This document shows, in pieces, positions 27,789-42,086 of a stretch of DNA of 64,000 nt. The stretch lies in contig OX597829.1 in the NCBI GenBank assembly GCA_951406725.2, forward strand, positions 3,224,001 to 3,288,000, given 5' to 3'. A program made the position numbers and the translations under genes. The notes under the pieces are model-generated. The model worked only from the letters and a program-made list of their open reading frames with translations. It was not told the origin of the DNA and ran no database searches. The DNA is from Octopus vulgaris. Its lineage: Eukaryota. The first letter of the stretch is position 1, and each line of letters opens with the position of its first letter.

Positions 27789-27974
27789 GAGAGATTTGGC
27801 AATGCAAACTGGAAGAACAGAAGTCAAAACCATGAGCACATTTATATATTTTTTATTTATATTTGGCAGAAGTAACAGAGTGACTCAAGAGCCACAAGTT
27901 CCATATATTAGCACTTTTACTACTCCGTGAAACAAAACTCTCAGTCACTGAGTCACTATGGTTACTTCTGCCAA

Positions 27975-28014
<40 letters not shown>

Positions 28015-28900
28015 GCACGTAAAAAGCACCATCCGATAGTGGCCATTTGCCAGCCTCGTCTGGCCCGTGCCGGTGGCACATAAAAAGCACCCACTCATGG
28101 AGTGGTTGGCGTTAGGAAGGGCATCCAACCATAGAAAACCATGCCAAATCAGACTGGGCCTGGTGCAGCCTTCTGGCTTTCCAGACCCCAGTTGAACCGT
28201 CCAACCCATACTAGCACGGAAAACGGACGTTAAACGATGATGATGATGATGATGATATAATAATAATAACAATAAGGGTTTAGCAACAAGTTGCTTGACC
28301 ACATACCGAAAATTTTAGAAATAGCAGCCAAAAGACTACTATTTCCTTTTTCTACAAAAATATGTCTCCACAGACAACAATATTTGTAACTCACACATGG
28401 CAAAAAAGAAGAAAAATAATGAAATCAAACAGACTTCGATTAATTATGGACGGACGTTTCTGGATTAGAATCATAAGACTCATTTCCTTTGTCAACATAA
28501 TATTTCGATAATTATAAATCTGAAGATGCTAGGAGAACTTATTGTTATATTTATAAACCCTTATTGTTATATTTATATATAAAAAAACATTTTGTATAAG
28601 TTTTTACCGAATATGGTCCTTTTCCATACCGAAAAACTACTAGGTGAAATTTGTTGATTTTATTAAATTAATAATTTTTCACCCTATATCTGTAATGATT
28701 ATAGATCGTTAGCTCCTACACGCATTTTTTTCTCTCCTTGTTTTTTTCTGTGTCCCTTTCAGTCGAAGTGCGTAGGCTCAAAACGTAAAAGACTTTTTCT
28801 ATTCCAGAGCGCTATACTAATACATCTGTTTGTTTCTACACCACCTGCCTTCGTCCTTTGTTTATTTTTGTAAACTTTCCCTTTACACACACACACACAC

Positions 28901-28971
<71 letters not shown>

Positions 28972-29440
28972 GAGATAAAAAGAGAAAGAGTGAGAGAGAT
29001 ATAGACAGACAAACAGAGACAGAGAGGAATGGAGAGAGAGGGAAAAAGAAAGTATATTAAGTGACTGAAATCCTATGGAAGTGTGTGTGTGTGTGTGTGT
29101 GTAATATTAGCATGAAAATGTCTGTAGGTATCATAAAATACCTTTTACTGTCATTTCAAGAACCTTTATATAAGCTTTAACAGAAACCAGCTGCTTCAAT
29201 TGGAAATTGAATCCCAATAGAATATGGAAATTCAGTTCAAGCTTTCTCCTAATTGCTGTCAACGAGACTTAAATATATAGATTTGAATCAATAAACGTTT
29301 GTTCAATGTTCAAAATCCTTATCTAGAAACATGCATAAAATGGGCATGCAACACACACACACACACACACACAGTATCCACATACAATAAAACACAAATA
29401 TCAAAAATACTGAAAAAAAAAACTGACAATTTAAACTTTT

Positions 29441-29454
29441 TTTATTTTTTTATT
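29441..29454 (-). terminator. Tandem AATAAA polyadenylation signals of NOC4L
   Basis: tttatt at 29441-29446 and 29449-29454, 25-40 nt past the stop codon. The context is AT-rich, so actual use is not proven. Confidence 0.5.
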
Positions 29455-29479
29455 CAAAAACCCAAGATCCTTATACAAA

Positions 29480-29599
29480 TTATTCTACACGCCAAAATGA
29501 ATATTTCATATCTTGTTTCGTCAAAATTCCAGAAGGACAGGACTGGTTTACAGGTATTTCTTTCAACTTTTCACCTCTCTCAATTTCATTTGCAAATAC
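29480..29599 (-). CDS. NOC4L: NOC4L terminal coding exon, 120 nt ([39 protein letters not shown])
   Basis: Acceptor ttgtatttcag, in-frame TAA at 29482-29480; C-terminus resembles Noc4 (F..E....P....G). Confidence 0.88.
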   Translation of the reverse strand, partial: VFANEIERGEKLKEIPVNQSCPSGILTKQDMKYSFWRVE

Positions 29600-31735
29600 C
29601 TGAAATACAAAAACATAATAATAACATCCATCCATGAATTTATTTATTTATTAATTTTTAAATACAAATTTTGTCTGTGAATTTGCGCGTGTAATCTGGG
29701 AATGCATACAATGCCCTTCTCTGCCCTAGGAGTATGGAAAACACTCGGCGAGAAAATTTGAAGAAAGAAGGAAAAAACATAATAATAATAATAATGGTGG
29801 TGGTGATAGATTGTGTAAAAATGTAACAGCAGGGGAGGGTATAAAAAAAAAATCAAAATCATTGATTTCAAATGATGGTTTAAAATTACGAAAACATAAT
29901 TATGTAATACATTCATTAGAATGGTCATTACTGTCAAAGTTGCTAATTATGCTGATGCATTTCAAAAATAAAAATCACTCAATGCACAATCAAGAGTAAA
30001 GCTAAAATGGTTCTGGTTTCAATCTCAACACACCATCAGTCCCATTGTATAACACCAAAAGCCTTGTGAGTGGATTTGATGGTGCCGATGATGCTGTTAC
30101 CACCACCATGCCACCACCACCATCATCATCATCATCATCATCCCCATCATTTAGTGACTATTTTCCATGCTGGCATTGGCTAGACAGTTTGACATGAGCT
30201 GTATGAGTATGCATGTATGCATGCTTGTCTGTACGTACACACAAAGACAAGTCAAAAGCTTTGCAGTATTTGCATACATGCTAGTTTCTGGTGTATGTGT
30301 CACATGACTGAAGCAGTTCAAACAACGGAAGGTAACCTTTGAGGTTGGTGTTATTCGTCCACCGCTGTGTTCTGAGTTCAAATTCCACCGAGGTCAACTT
30401 TGCCTTTCATCCTTTCAGGGTCGATTAAATAAGCACCCGTTACGCACTGGGGTCAATGTAATCGACTTAATCCGTTCGTCTGTCCTTGTTTGTCCCCTCT
30501 GTGTTTAGCCCCTTGTGGGTAGTAAAGAAATAGGTATTGTGGTAGTTGGTGAGCTGACATGTTGTGCATTGCTTCACTCTGTATGTGATTTTGAAAGCTG
30601 CACAGATGAATGTGCACCAATGTCTAACATTGGGAACTTATACTTTATGAGTTTGAAATGGGCCATAACACTGCAGAAACAACCAGAAATATCTAATATG
30701 TGAAAGGTGAATGCACAGTTGATCACAGGATAGTAACCAGATATTTTGATTTTGATTTCACTTGCCTCAACAGGTCTTCACAAGAAGAGTTTTAGTGACC
30801 AAAGAAGGAAAAGGTATGCATAAGTGGGCTGGTTACGCCCCTGGCATAGGCCATGAGATTATGGTCTCATTTGGTTTGCTGGGTCTTCTCAAGCACAGCA
30901 TATTTCCAAAAGTCTCGGTTGCTAGTCATTTCCTCAGTGAGGCCTATAGTTTGAAGGTCATGCTTCACCACTTCATCCCAGGTCTTCCTGGGTCTACCGA
31001 TTCCAAAGGTTCCCTCAACCGCTAGGGTGTGGCACTTTTTCACACAGCTATCCTCATCTATTCACGCCACATGACCATACCAGTGCAGTCGTCTCTCTTG
31101 CACACCATATCTGATGCTTCTTAGGTCCAACATTTCTCTCAAGGTACTTACACTCTGTCGAGTATGAACACTGACATTACACATCCATCGGACCATACTG
31201 GCTTCATTTCTTGCGAGCTTACGCATGTCCTCAGCAGTCACAGCCCATGTTTCATTGCCATGTAGCATGGCTGTTCATACACAAGCGTCATACAGTCCAC
31301 CTTTTACTCTGAGCGAGAGACCCTTTGTCACCAGTAGAAGTAAGAGCTCTCTGAACTGTGTCCAGGCTATTCATATTCTAACAGCTACACTTTCAGTGCA
31401 CCGTCCCCTGCTACTGACTTGGTCACCTAGGTAACGGAAGCTATCAACTACTTCTAGTTTTTCTCCCTGGAATGAGGTGGAAGTTGTTCTCTTCCCATTT
31501 TTAGTGTTTATAGAACCTGAATATTTGCCACATACAAAAACTATCCTCCCAGTTAGCCTTCCTTTGATATTACTGCACCTCTTATGTGTCCATAGCTTAC
31601 AATGGGTACATCTTATGGAGTTTCTACCTACGCCTCTACTACAGATCGAGCAGGGCCATCTGCCAGAAGGCATTTGTGGTATGTCTGCCTTCCTACTTAT
31701 TAGGACTTTGGTTTTAGCTAGGTTGACTCTGAGGC

Positions 31736-31781
<46 letters not shown>

Positions 31782-34700
31782 CTCAAAAGTAAATAGACAC
31801 TTGTATGTGTGTATACACACACGTATGTATACATATACATGTCTGTGTGCATATATACATATAAACATGTATATGTGTATATATATTTCTATGTATATAT
31901 ATATGTATGTGTGTGTGTATATATATATATAAACACATATACACACACACTCATACACACATGTATATATGCATATGTGTGTGTGTGTGTGTATGTGGAT
32001 GTGCAGGTTTCTGGATGTGTGTCTGTCTCTCTGGACCCTGATTGGCTTACCAGTTCCAGTCTTAACCATCCAACCCATACCAGCATGGAAAAACAGACAC
32101 TAAAGAATGACGATGATGATGATACACACACACACAAAATTATATACACTCTTCATGGCTATATAAATAGGTAAGCTATATCAGTGGTGAAAAAGCAAAA
32201 ACAAAAAAACAAAAAAAAAAAGCAGCGGGAACACAGTGAAATTGTTGAGTGCTTCATTAACATAGTGCAGTGCTCTGCAACAAGTATGCCACAGCACATT
32301 AAGGCGCCACAAGATGATGCTAGGTGTGCTACACTGTAACCTGAATGTAATTTTTTTACCTATACCTTTAGTTATATTTTTAGTTCAGGTGTGCCGCCAA
32401 ATTTTGAAAAGAATATAAGTGTACTGCAAGTGTAAAAAAAGGCTGTGGAGCACTGGCATAGTGAACTGGGTTCAGTATTTTCTCAAGGATGGTTGAAATT
32501 AAGAAGTGCCATATCCACTGAGCCAAATGTACAAAAACGGTCTTCAGTACAAAACGGTCTTCAGCCAAATGTACAAAAGCGGTCTTCAAATCCCCGTCAC
32601 TTAGCAGTTCGGCAAAAGATACCGATAGAATAAGTACTGGGCTTACAAAGAATAAGTCCTGGGGTCGATTTGCTCGACTAAAGGCAGTGCTCCAGCATGG
32701 CCGCAGTCAAATGACTGAAACAAGTAAAAGAGTAAAAAGAGAGTGTAATTTCTATAAGTCAATAAAAGAGATCTCACACACACACACACACACACTGAAC
32801 CATACATACTTATTAACACCCTAATCTCTTAAAAGAGGTATCAATGCATTGTGTGAGAATAATTTCAAATACTAAGAATGTACATCTTTCTGTTCTTAAT
32901 GGCAACGGTAAGAAAGAGAACAGCACTCGCTGACCCTTTTTTTGTCTTTTTTAGTGTCACTATACCAAGAGTGGTTAAACAGAGGTTGACGAAATGAAAA
33001 GAACCATGGAACCATGACTAATGGTTTTCTTGCACAAGGAATCAGCACATGAATCAGCACTGAGTTATTTGCAGACCAAGAAGAACCAGGTTCAAACCTT
33101 AACAACAGCATGGATTGTGTTGAAGATAACCCAAGACCCGGATTGATGGTATTGGGCTGAGCAACATATTGGGAATAATCCAGACAAATATGAAGTGGTG
33201 GTGGTGGTCATGGTTGTAGTGTGGGTAGCTGTGGTCAAAGTTGCAGTTGTGGCTGTGATAGTGGTCAAGGTGGCAGTAGTGAGGGTAGCCGTGGTGATGA
33301 CAGTGGCAGTGGTGGAGTGGTGATGGTGGTGGTAGTGGTGCCAGAGATGACAGTGATGGTGGTTGGGTAGTGGAAGTAGTTGTGGTGCTGGTGGTAGTAG
33401 TGATGGTTGTGACAGTAGTGGTAGTGATAGCAGTAGTGGTGGTGGTGGTGGTGGTGGTGGTGGTAGCAGCAATGATGGTTATTAATGGTAATGGTGCCGG
33501 CAGTGATGGTGGCTGGGTAGTGATGACGGTGATTGTGGCAGTAGCGATGACAGAATGGGAACAATCTACAGAAACCTGTGAAAATGCCTGTGGACAAGAT
33601 TTATGGACAGATTTATACCTGAAACTAAAGTATTAAATTGATATATTTTATAATTACTCCTAATTAAAACAAAAAAAATAAGCAAAAGAGAATACAATTT
33701 ATGAAAAACTTACATCATCTGTGGTGGTCTCTAATATACCTGACAAATCTTTTTGGGATTTTTTCAGTTGATTTACCTTTCGACTGTCGACAGCTACTTT
33801 AGGGCAGTAATGAGTCTGTAAAGCCTGGAACATTGGAAGAAAAGAAATAATAAACTATAACAAAAAATAAAACACAGTCTAAAAGAATACAACACAAGGG
33901 GTATATAAAGAGGGTTCACAAACTGGAATATACAAGTCCTCATTATCATCATCATCATCATCATTGTTAACATCCACTTTTCTATACCTGCATGGGTCAG
34001 ACGAAGTTTTTGTTGTGGCAGGATTTCTATAACTTGATGCTCCCACCAACCAACCAAGGTAATATTTCCTAATTATGAAGATACTAATTGCATTATGATA
34101 ACACTCATTTACAGCAATTACGCAATCTCAACACACGCACATACACACACACATATTCTTTTATTCTTTCTTGACGTGATCGTTACCAGCATCGCCTTAC
34201 TGGCACCTGTGCCGGTGGCATGTGTAAAAGATTCGAGCGAGGTCGCTGCCAGTACCGCCTGACTGGCACGTAAAAAGCACCCACTACACTCTCGGAGTGG
34301 TTGGCATTAGGAAGGGCATCCAGCTGTAGAAACTCTGCCAGATCAAGATTGGAGCCTGGTGCAGCCATCTGGTTCGCCAACCCTCAGTCAAAATCGTCCA
34401 ACCCATGCTAGCATGGAAAGCGGACGTTAAACGATGATGAAGATGATGATATATATATATATGTGTGTATATATATGAATGAGAAGCAGCTTAAGGTATG
34501 TAAACGATGTCAGACACACATACACAAGATGTGTGTGCTGTTAGTTTGTCAGGCGGCTGCATTTTTTAGGCATAAGAGAATGTATTATAAATGCCCTTGG
34601 TGTTTTTACACCAAGGGCAGGCATGACATGTTGGGACATGCCAGCAAATGGTTCATAAACCATTTAACACATAGTCATAGCCTGCTCAGTATGTGGCAAT

Positions 34701-35417
34701 TGACAAGTCAAAACAATGAAGAAACATCGATGTCCATTGCTCCGGAAAAAAAAAAGCCACCTCACAAACAAACAACATACACACCTCGTTTAACCCTTTA
34801 GCATTTAAACCGGCCATATCCGGCCAGAGGTATTCTGCCTGTTTTATGTTCAAACTGGCCAGATCTGGTCTCTCACACTACCCTACAATATCATTTTAAA
34901 AATGAACAGCTACCTCATTAAAATCTCATAGCTACATGATTAGTTCAAAACAATGTGGATAAAAAAGGATTAATTTTGGCAGAATAATGCGAACACAAAA
35001 GGGTTAAAGACCTAAACTGCTTCTGATTAATTTGTTTATATACCTAAGGGGTTTCTAATTTGCTTATATATACATAAGCTGTTTCTAATTCATATGTGAA
35101 ATTTTTCCGTGGCATGACATGTTGCGACATGCTAGCTGATGGTTCTTAAACCATTTAGCCTTATAGTCACAGCCAGTTGGACATCTCACAGCAGAGCCCT
35201 TGCTCAGTACATAGCACTGAGAAGTTAAAGCAATGACAAAACATCAAAGTGTGTCACTCCAAAAAAAGGGATTTGATGTGAGTTGTCTCACTTGGCTATA
35301 CTCGGTGTTTTCGGGTATTTTCACACAAAGGGCATTGAGAACACTTTCTCTTACTCCTAAAAAACACAACTGCCCAACAAACCAACAATACACACACCTA
35401 GTGTATGTGTGTTCCAC

Positions 35418-35497
<80 letters not shown>

Positions 35498-35693
35498 CTT
35501 TTGTCTTTTACCTTTTATTTGTTTCACTCATTTTACAGCGGCCATGCTGGAGCACTGCCTTGAAAGGTTTTAATTAAACAAATCGACCCCAGAACTTATT
35601 TTGTTCTTTGAACCAAGTACTTTGGTTTCTTTTGCCAAACCACTAAGTTACCAGCACCAGTTGTCAAGCAGTGGAGGAGGCAAACACGAAGAT

Positions 35694-35728
<35 letters not shown>

Positions 35729-37888
35729 GGACTTATTTCAGTTTCCATCAACCAAATCCACTTACAAGGCTTTGGTCAGCCCAAGGTGCCTCGCAGTGAG
35801 ATTGAAGCCAGAACACCTATGTTTGGGAAGCAAGCTTCTTACTACACAGTCATGCCTATATTGTTGCTATTATGCAAAAGTGTCGTAAGTCCCAAAAAAC
35901 ATTGCTTTTGCAGAAAATGAAAAATAGGTTTCCCCATTCCAAAGCAAAACTATTGTACCACAATTTGACAATTTTTGATATCTTGGCATCTGAAGCAGCT
36001 GGGGACATGATAATTTGACCAAAAGAACCGGATATTGTAAGCAAAAATAAATAATGAAAAAACTGCACCTGGCCAAATACAACAGTAACATAACAGCAAC
36101 AAAATATATATATATATATATACACATACAATCATCATCATCATCATCATCATCACCACCATCACCACCACCATCATCATCATCATCATCATCATCATCA
36201 TACACACACACACACAGACAGACACATCAAATTATGTACACTCTTCATGACTAAATAAATAGGTAAGATACATCAGAGGTGAAAATCAAGCAGCAGGAGC
36301 ACAATAAAATTTTGGGGTGCTTCATTAACATAGTGAATTCAGTTCATTCCTTTCTCAAGGACAGTTGAAACTAAGAAGTGTCCATATTCATTGAGCTGAA
36401 TGTACGAAGACAGTCCTCAGTGTAATCTCTATAAGTCAATAAAAGAGACCCCGCAACCTCACCACTACCATCATCACACACATACGCATACACATTAATG
36501 CCCTGTGCATGACAAAAAAAATTACAAGGGAACACGGGGGCTTGTAAAACACTGGAATTCTGAGGCCATCCCAACCCATTACACTGGGATTTTGTAAACA
36601 GAACTCTTCATGTGTTTGAAAGTTTTGACTTCCAAATATAATTAACAGCAAAATTGTCATCATCATCATCGCTGCCACCACCACCACCACCACCACCATC
36701 ATCATCATCATCTATGCTTGTATGGGTCAGGCGGAATTCATTGAGGCAGATCTTCTCTTCTTCCAGGTGGTTGGCATATAAACCATGTGAAAGCAAACAT
36801 TGGAGCATGATGCTGTCCTGTGATTCCTTGACTCCTGTAAGATTGTCCTATTCATGCCAACATGGAACAAGGACATTAGATGATCACCATCATCATGACC
36901 ATGGTGTGTGATATAATTTTTTTTTTTTTTTTTGTTCATCAAAAGAGGCAATGTGTCCATGACATTTAGCCTCTCCTAGACTAGCGAAACTGTTGTGGTT
37001 GATGTTCAGTTGAAACATCAATACTTACATGTAAAATGTAGGCTGGAATTCCAGAGGATATCCAGTTCAAGCTATGAAGGGTAAAATGCAGGACACAAGC
37101 GCATGGAAACAGCTGAGATTACCAAATGCCAAGAAACAATAGAGGGAGTGTTCGGATAGCTAGTTCAAACTTACCCGCAGTTCCCATAAACTGCTCTCTA
37201 AGGCACAGCATTTGTCAGGTTCAACCTCATCAGGAAGATAGGGGTCACTGGTAAATTCTAGAAAAGAGGAAATAAATTAGAAAATCTTAGTTTAATTAAA
37301 ACAAAAAAACAAATAGATCAGGGTAATTAGAAATCTCTTAGTCTTATAGAACACAAGACATCATTAGTGCTGGTACCACAATAAAATCCAACCAGTTCAA
37401 TTTATAAAATGGCTGCAGAACAATTAGAGACACTATAGAATCAAGACAACACATGATGGAAAAACTGGTTTCTAACCCTTTTGTTACTATATTTCTCTTG
37501 AGATAGTCTGCCTTTACTTCAATTAACAATGAAGAATTTAGTAAAATAACTTAGTCATTATTAATTGGTTTTTGCCAGAGCAGCCAACTGGCTTCCGTGC
37601 CAGTGGCACGTAAAAGGGCACCATTCGAGCGTGATCGTTACCAACGTCGCCTTACTGGCACCTGTGCTGGTGTCATGTGTAAAAGGATTCAAGAGAGGTC
37701 GTTGCCAGTACCGCCTGACTGGCACGTAAAAAGCACCTACTACACTCTTGGAGTGGTTGGCGTTAGGAAGGGCATCCAGCTGTAGAAACTCTGCCAAATC
37801 AAGACTGGAGCCTGGTGCAGCCATCTGGTTCGCCAGCCCTCGGTCAAATCGTCCAACCCATGCTAGCATAGAAAGTGAACGTTAAACA

Positions 37889-37923
<35 letters not shown>

Positions 37924-40900
37924 ATTAACAACAAGTTCTGAAGAAAGATTTTAATTCAGAACTCTTGAAAATGAGATATTTGTATCACAGAACAAGGGCA
38001 GTCTGAGGCAGGTGAGTATCAAAAGGGTTAATCAATAACATTATTCTAGAGGAATGCCACAAAAAAAAACACACAAAATCTTTCTATTACCAGGACCAAC
38101 TACAAAAGAGCCTCCACCATTGTCGGATTGAGAAATGCTTGGAAATTTATAAAGTCACTCGATTACAGGTGATTTTTCTATCAAATGCTATGAAACCCTT
38201 GAATATAACCCTTATAGTGAATTTAGAGGTGGTGGGCACTATGAATGCTGGTCACATCAAGATAAACTGCAGCATTTTTCAAGGTAACTCCTTATCACCA
38301 CTACTCTTTTGCATGCCCTTGTTCCCCTAAACTGTTGAATGATACAAAACATTGGTACAGAGTATACAAAAGACAAATCAATCACCTCTTTACATGGATG
38401 ATAATCTAAAGCTTTCCATGAAAGATGAAATAGCTTTTAACAATAGTGAAACAATTTAGTGACAACTAGCACTATGAACTGGCAACGCTAGTGCATCCAT
38501 ATACAGCTGCGTGCGTGCGCACATACATGTGAGTACTGTCCAAATCTCCAACCAATCACATACATCTAGCTGGCATTCAATTGGCGTATCAAGTTTCAGG
38601 CATTTTGATTGGGTTTTGGATAGAAAATTCACAAAAAAGTCACTTCTATTGATTTTTTAATGGCTTTGCAGGGTGACTGGGGAAATGTAAAGAAGTGCAC
38701 GACCACCCTTGGACGGTTTTGAATGACCATAGAAAGTGTGAGCCCTCTAACTGAAAAATTGTGGATTTGTATAAAGGACACACACACAGACATTTTGCCA
38801 TTTATATATATAGAGATATTGGAATGGAGCTTGCTTTGATAAATGTGTTAAAGCCACATTCTTCAAGGAAAAACTCCTGAAAACAAACAACATACAGATA
38901 GACAGGCCTACTACCATCAAAGAATTAGATCCTGAAAAGGTTACAAATATTTAGGTGTATAATTATGGTATCCAGCACCCACAAACGCATGGAAAAATAC
39001 AAAATGTTATTGTAGAGTTAGAGATATCCTATAGAGCAAACTTAATGTGAACAATTAGGTTTCCTGCAATCAGTACTTTAGCCACAGTTGCTGTGGCCTA
39101 CAACTTTATCATAAAATAGTCCATATCTGTGAAATTGATACAAAAGTATGTAAGTGCATCACATTCATCGACCAAAGGCAGTTGTAAATAGACTGTACAT
39201 CCCACAAAAGTATGAAGGACATAGACTGGTGCAACTGCAACTGTCTCTAAACCATAGGGGTAGATGATGCACATCTAAAGAACACCAATGACTGGATGTT
39301 TAAACTTAGATTTCAAAACCATGTGTACTCAATATCAGAAGCAAGGAATTATGTACGGGAATTAAAGATAAACAAAACTGAGATACAACTAACTAGATGA
39401 AATGGAAACACAAATAAAAAGAACAATCCAAATCAAACGGAATCTCAAAAGCATTACAAAGTGATTATTCCATAAGGGCCAGTGATCCCTTATGTTGACA
39501 CGGACATGATGCATCTGGACTTAAATCAGAAATAGAGATCTTCGTTATAACAACTCAGGATCAATGTCTAGAAACCAGCAAGAGAAACAATTGACCAATT
39601 CATCTCTGAATGCTTCATGTTAGTCACATCATCATCATCATCGTCGTTTAACGTCCGTCCGCTTTCGACTGGTGAACCAGATGGCTGCACCAGGCTCCAA
39701 TCTGATCTGGCAGAGTTTCTACAGCTGGATGCTTTTACTAACGCCAACCACTCTGAGAGTGTAGTGGGTGCTTTTTATGTGCCACCGGCACGGGGCCAGT
39801 CAGGTGATACTAGCAATGACCTCGCTCGAATCTTTTTACAAATGCCACCGGCACAGGTGCCAGTAAGGCGATGTTGGTAACGATCATGCTCGAATGGTGC
39901 CCTTTTTATGTGCCACCAGCATGGAGCCAGTTGGCTGCTCTGGCAACGATCACGCTCGGGTGGTGCTCTTGGCACCCTACTAGCATGGGGACAAGTGCCA
40001 GTAAGGTGACGCTGGTAACAATCACACTCGAATGGTGCCCTTTTATGTGCCACTGGCACGGAAGCTGGTTAGCCACTCTGTCAACGATCACCCTCACAAA
40101 ATGAATATATTAATTGTCACGATTAACTTAGTATTTACATTGGATCATATGCCATAAATTTGGACTCCCATATGAAAAGAACTGGTGGGAACACAAGCCT
40201 GCCAAAGTAGTAGAAAATAAATGTATCACCGTTGTTTAGGACTTTGGTATTCAAACTAATCAAGCAAGTCAGGACAATAGACAAGATTTCATAGTAAAAA
40301 AATTATGCCTGACAAAAAACCTGTCTGCTCTTTTGATACCAACCCAGCTGAAACCAGCTCTGGCTCTGAGTACAAATGTCTTGTTTTCATAAGTTTTGGA
40401 TTAAAATCTTCCACCAAACACAATTTATGTTCCTAACAGTAACTTAATGATAACTAAGTTATTTTAATAAATTCTTTGTTATATTTAAAATTAATTGAAT
40501 GAAACACAGAGCATCCTAAAACTAATACAGTAACGAAAGGGTTAAATTATATACAAACAGGAATGAAAGTGCTCAGTGTACGTTAATTTTACTATTCAGG
40601 TTTCAGCTCTAATTGTTAACCGCATTAAACTCTATCAACTGTATGATCACATAGGATATTGTGCTTCCTGAGGAGAGCCGTAATGTAATATAAAGCAATA
40701 GGATAAGGACCCCCTTCGCATGGGATTGAACCTAGAAACTTCCCCTCCAAGGCACAAGTCTAGGCAAGTTTGTTTATGAAAGACCAACAGTTGTCCACAC
40801 ATACCATTTTCCTCTCTCCACGCCACCAGTGTTATCCAAGGGAAAGGTAAAGGGGCCGATACAGCTTGGCACCAGTGATGTCGTAACTCATTTCTACAGC

Positions 40901-42034
40901 TAAGTTAACTGGAGCAACGTGAAATAAAGTGTCTTGCTCAAGAACACAACACACATCCCAATCCAGGAACCAGACCCACTGCCTCGTGATTGTGAGCCCA
41001 GTGCTCTAACCACTGAGCCATGAAGATAGAGAAAAACATGGATCTGAATGAGGAAGTGCCTTGTTTTGATTATGCCTGTTGCGGGTTCAAATATCGACTG
41101 TGTTTATCGTGTGATATCATGTGTAACTGAATATTGAAACATATGTAAGAGATGGAATAAAGAAATACCAAGTTGAAGCTCAAGTTCTTCTCTCTTAATA
41201 TATATAATTTTTTCAGTTTCTATGTATGAAAGCTACTCACAAGGCTTTGGTGGTCCTAAGATGCCCAAGGTGTTGCACTGTAGGACTGAACTGGAAACCA
41301 AATGGTTAGGAAGCAAACTTCTTAACTATGCAGCATTGAATAGTTATGTGTGTGTGTGTGTGTATACTTGTCTTGACATCATATGACAGTTCTAAGAAAG
41401 CATCACCATCATACAGGTGCACACTCAATCATGGGGAATATTACCTGATTTGGAAACAGGTGAGAATTAAAAACAAGGAATGTATGCAGCTATACAAAAT
41501 TTGCCTCAATAAATTCTACCTAACCCACGAAAGAATGGGGAAAAAATGTTAAAATAAGAACAGTGCTGAGTGGCAGATTTGGTCATCATGACGATAATGA
41601 TGACAATGGTGATAATGATGATGATGATGTACAAATATGGAATTTTATATAACATATTTAACTACAGAATCAATCTGAATCAACCAGTGTCTTTTTTTTT
41701 TAATAGGACACTGCCCTTTTAGAGGGCATTGTTCTTTTATTGGGGGCACTGTAACCTATAAAAGGACATTGTATCAAATAAATGGGTACAGTGGTTACTT
41801 AATCAGTTTGATAACAACCCACTTAAGAGCACTTCTTATTATTCTCTGATACAAACTTACTGTTTTCAAGTGATCTGAATGAATGAACGATTGAATGAAA
41901 GAATGAATGAATGAATGGATGAATGAAAGAAAGAAAGAATGAATGACTGAAAGAATGAATGAATGAATGAAAGAATTAATGAATGAAAGAGTGAATGAGT
42001 GAATGGATGAATGAATGAATGAATGAATGAATGA

Positions 42035-42086
<52 letters not shown>

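Noticed and set aside
39760-40095. Repeat-spacer pattern (gtgccaccggcac modules with variable linkers) as a CRISPR array
   Set aside because: Eukaryotic context, no cas genes, degenerate repeats, and linkers that recur among dispersed copies; it is LINE 3' UTR.
40668-41150. CTGAGGA...GAAACATATGTA as a hammerhead with expanded stem II
   Set aside because: Stem I does not pair and the halves are ~460 nt apart across a SINE; at most a decayed remnant.
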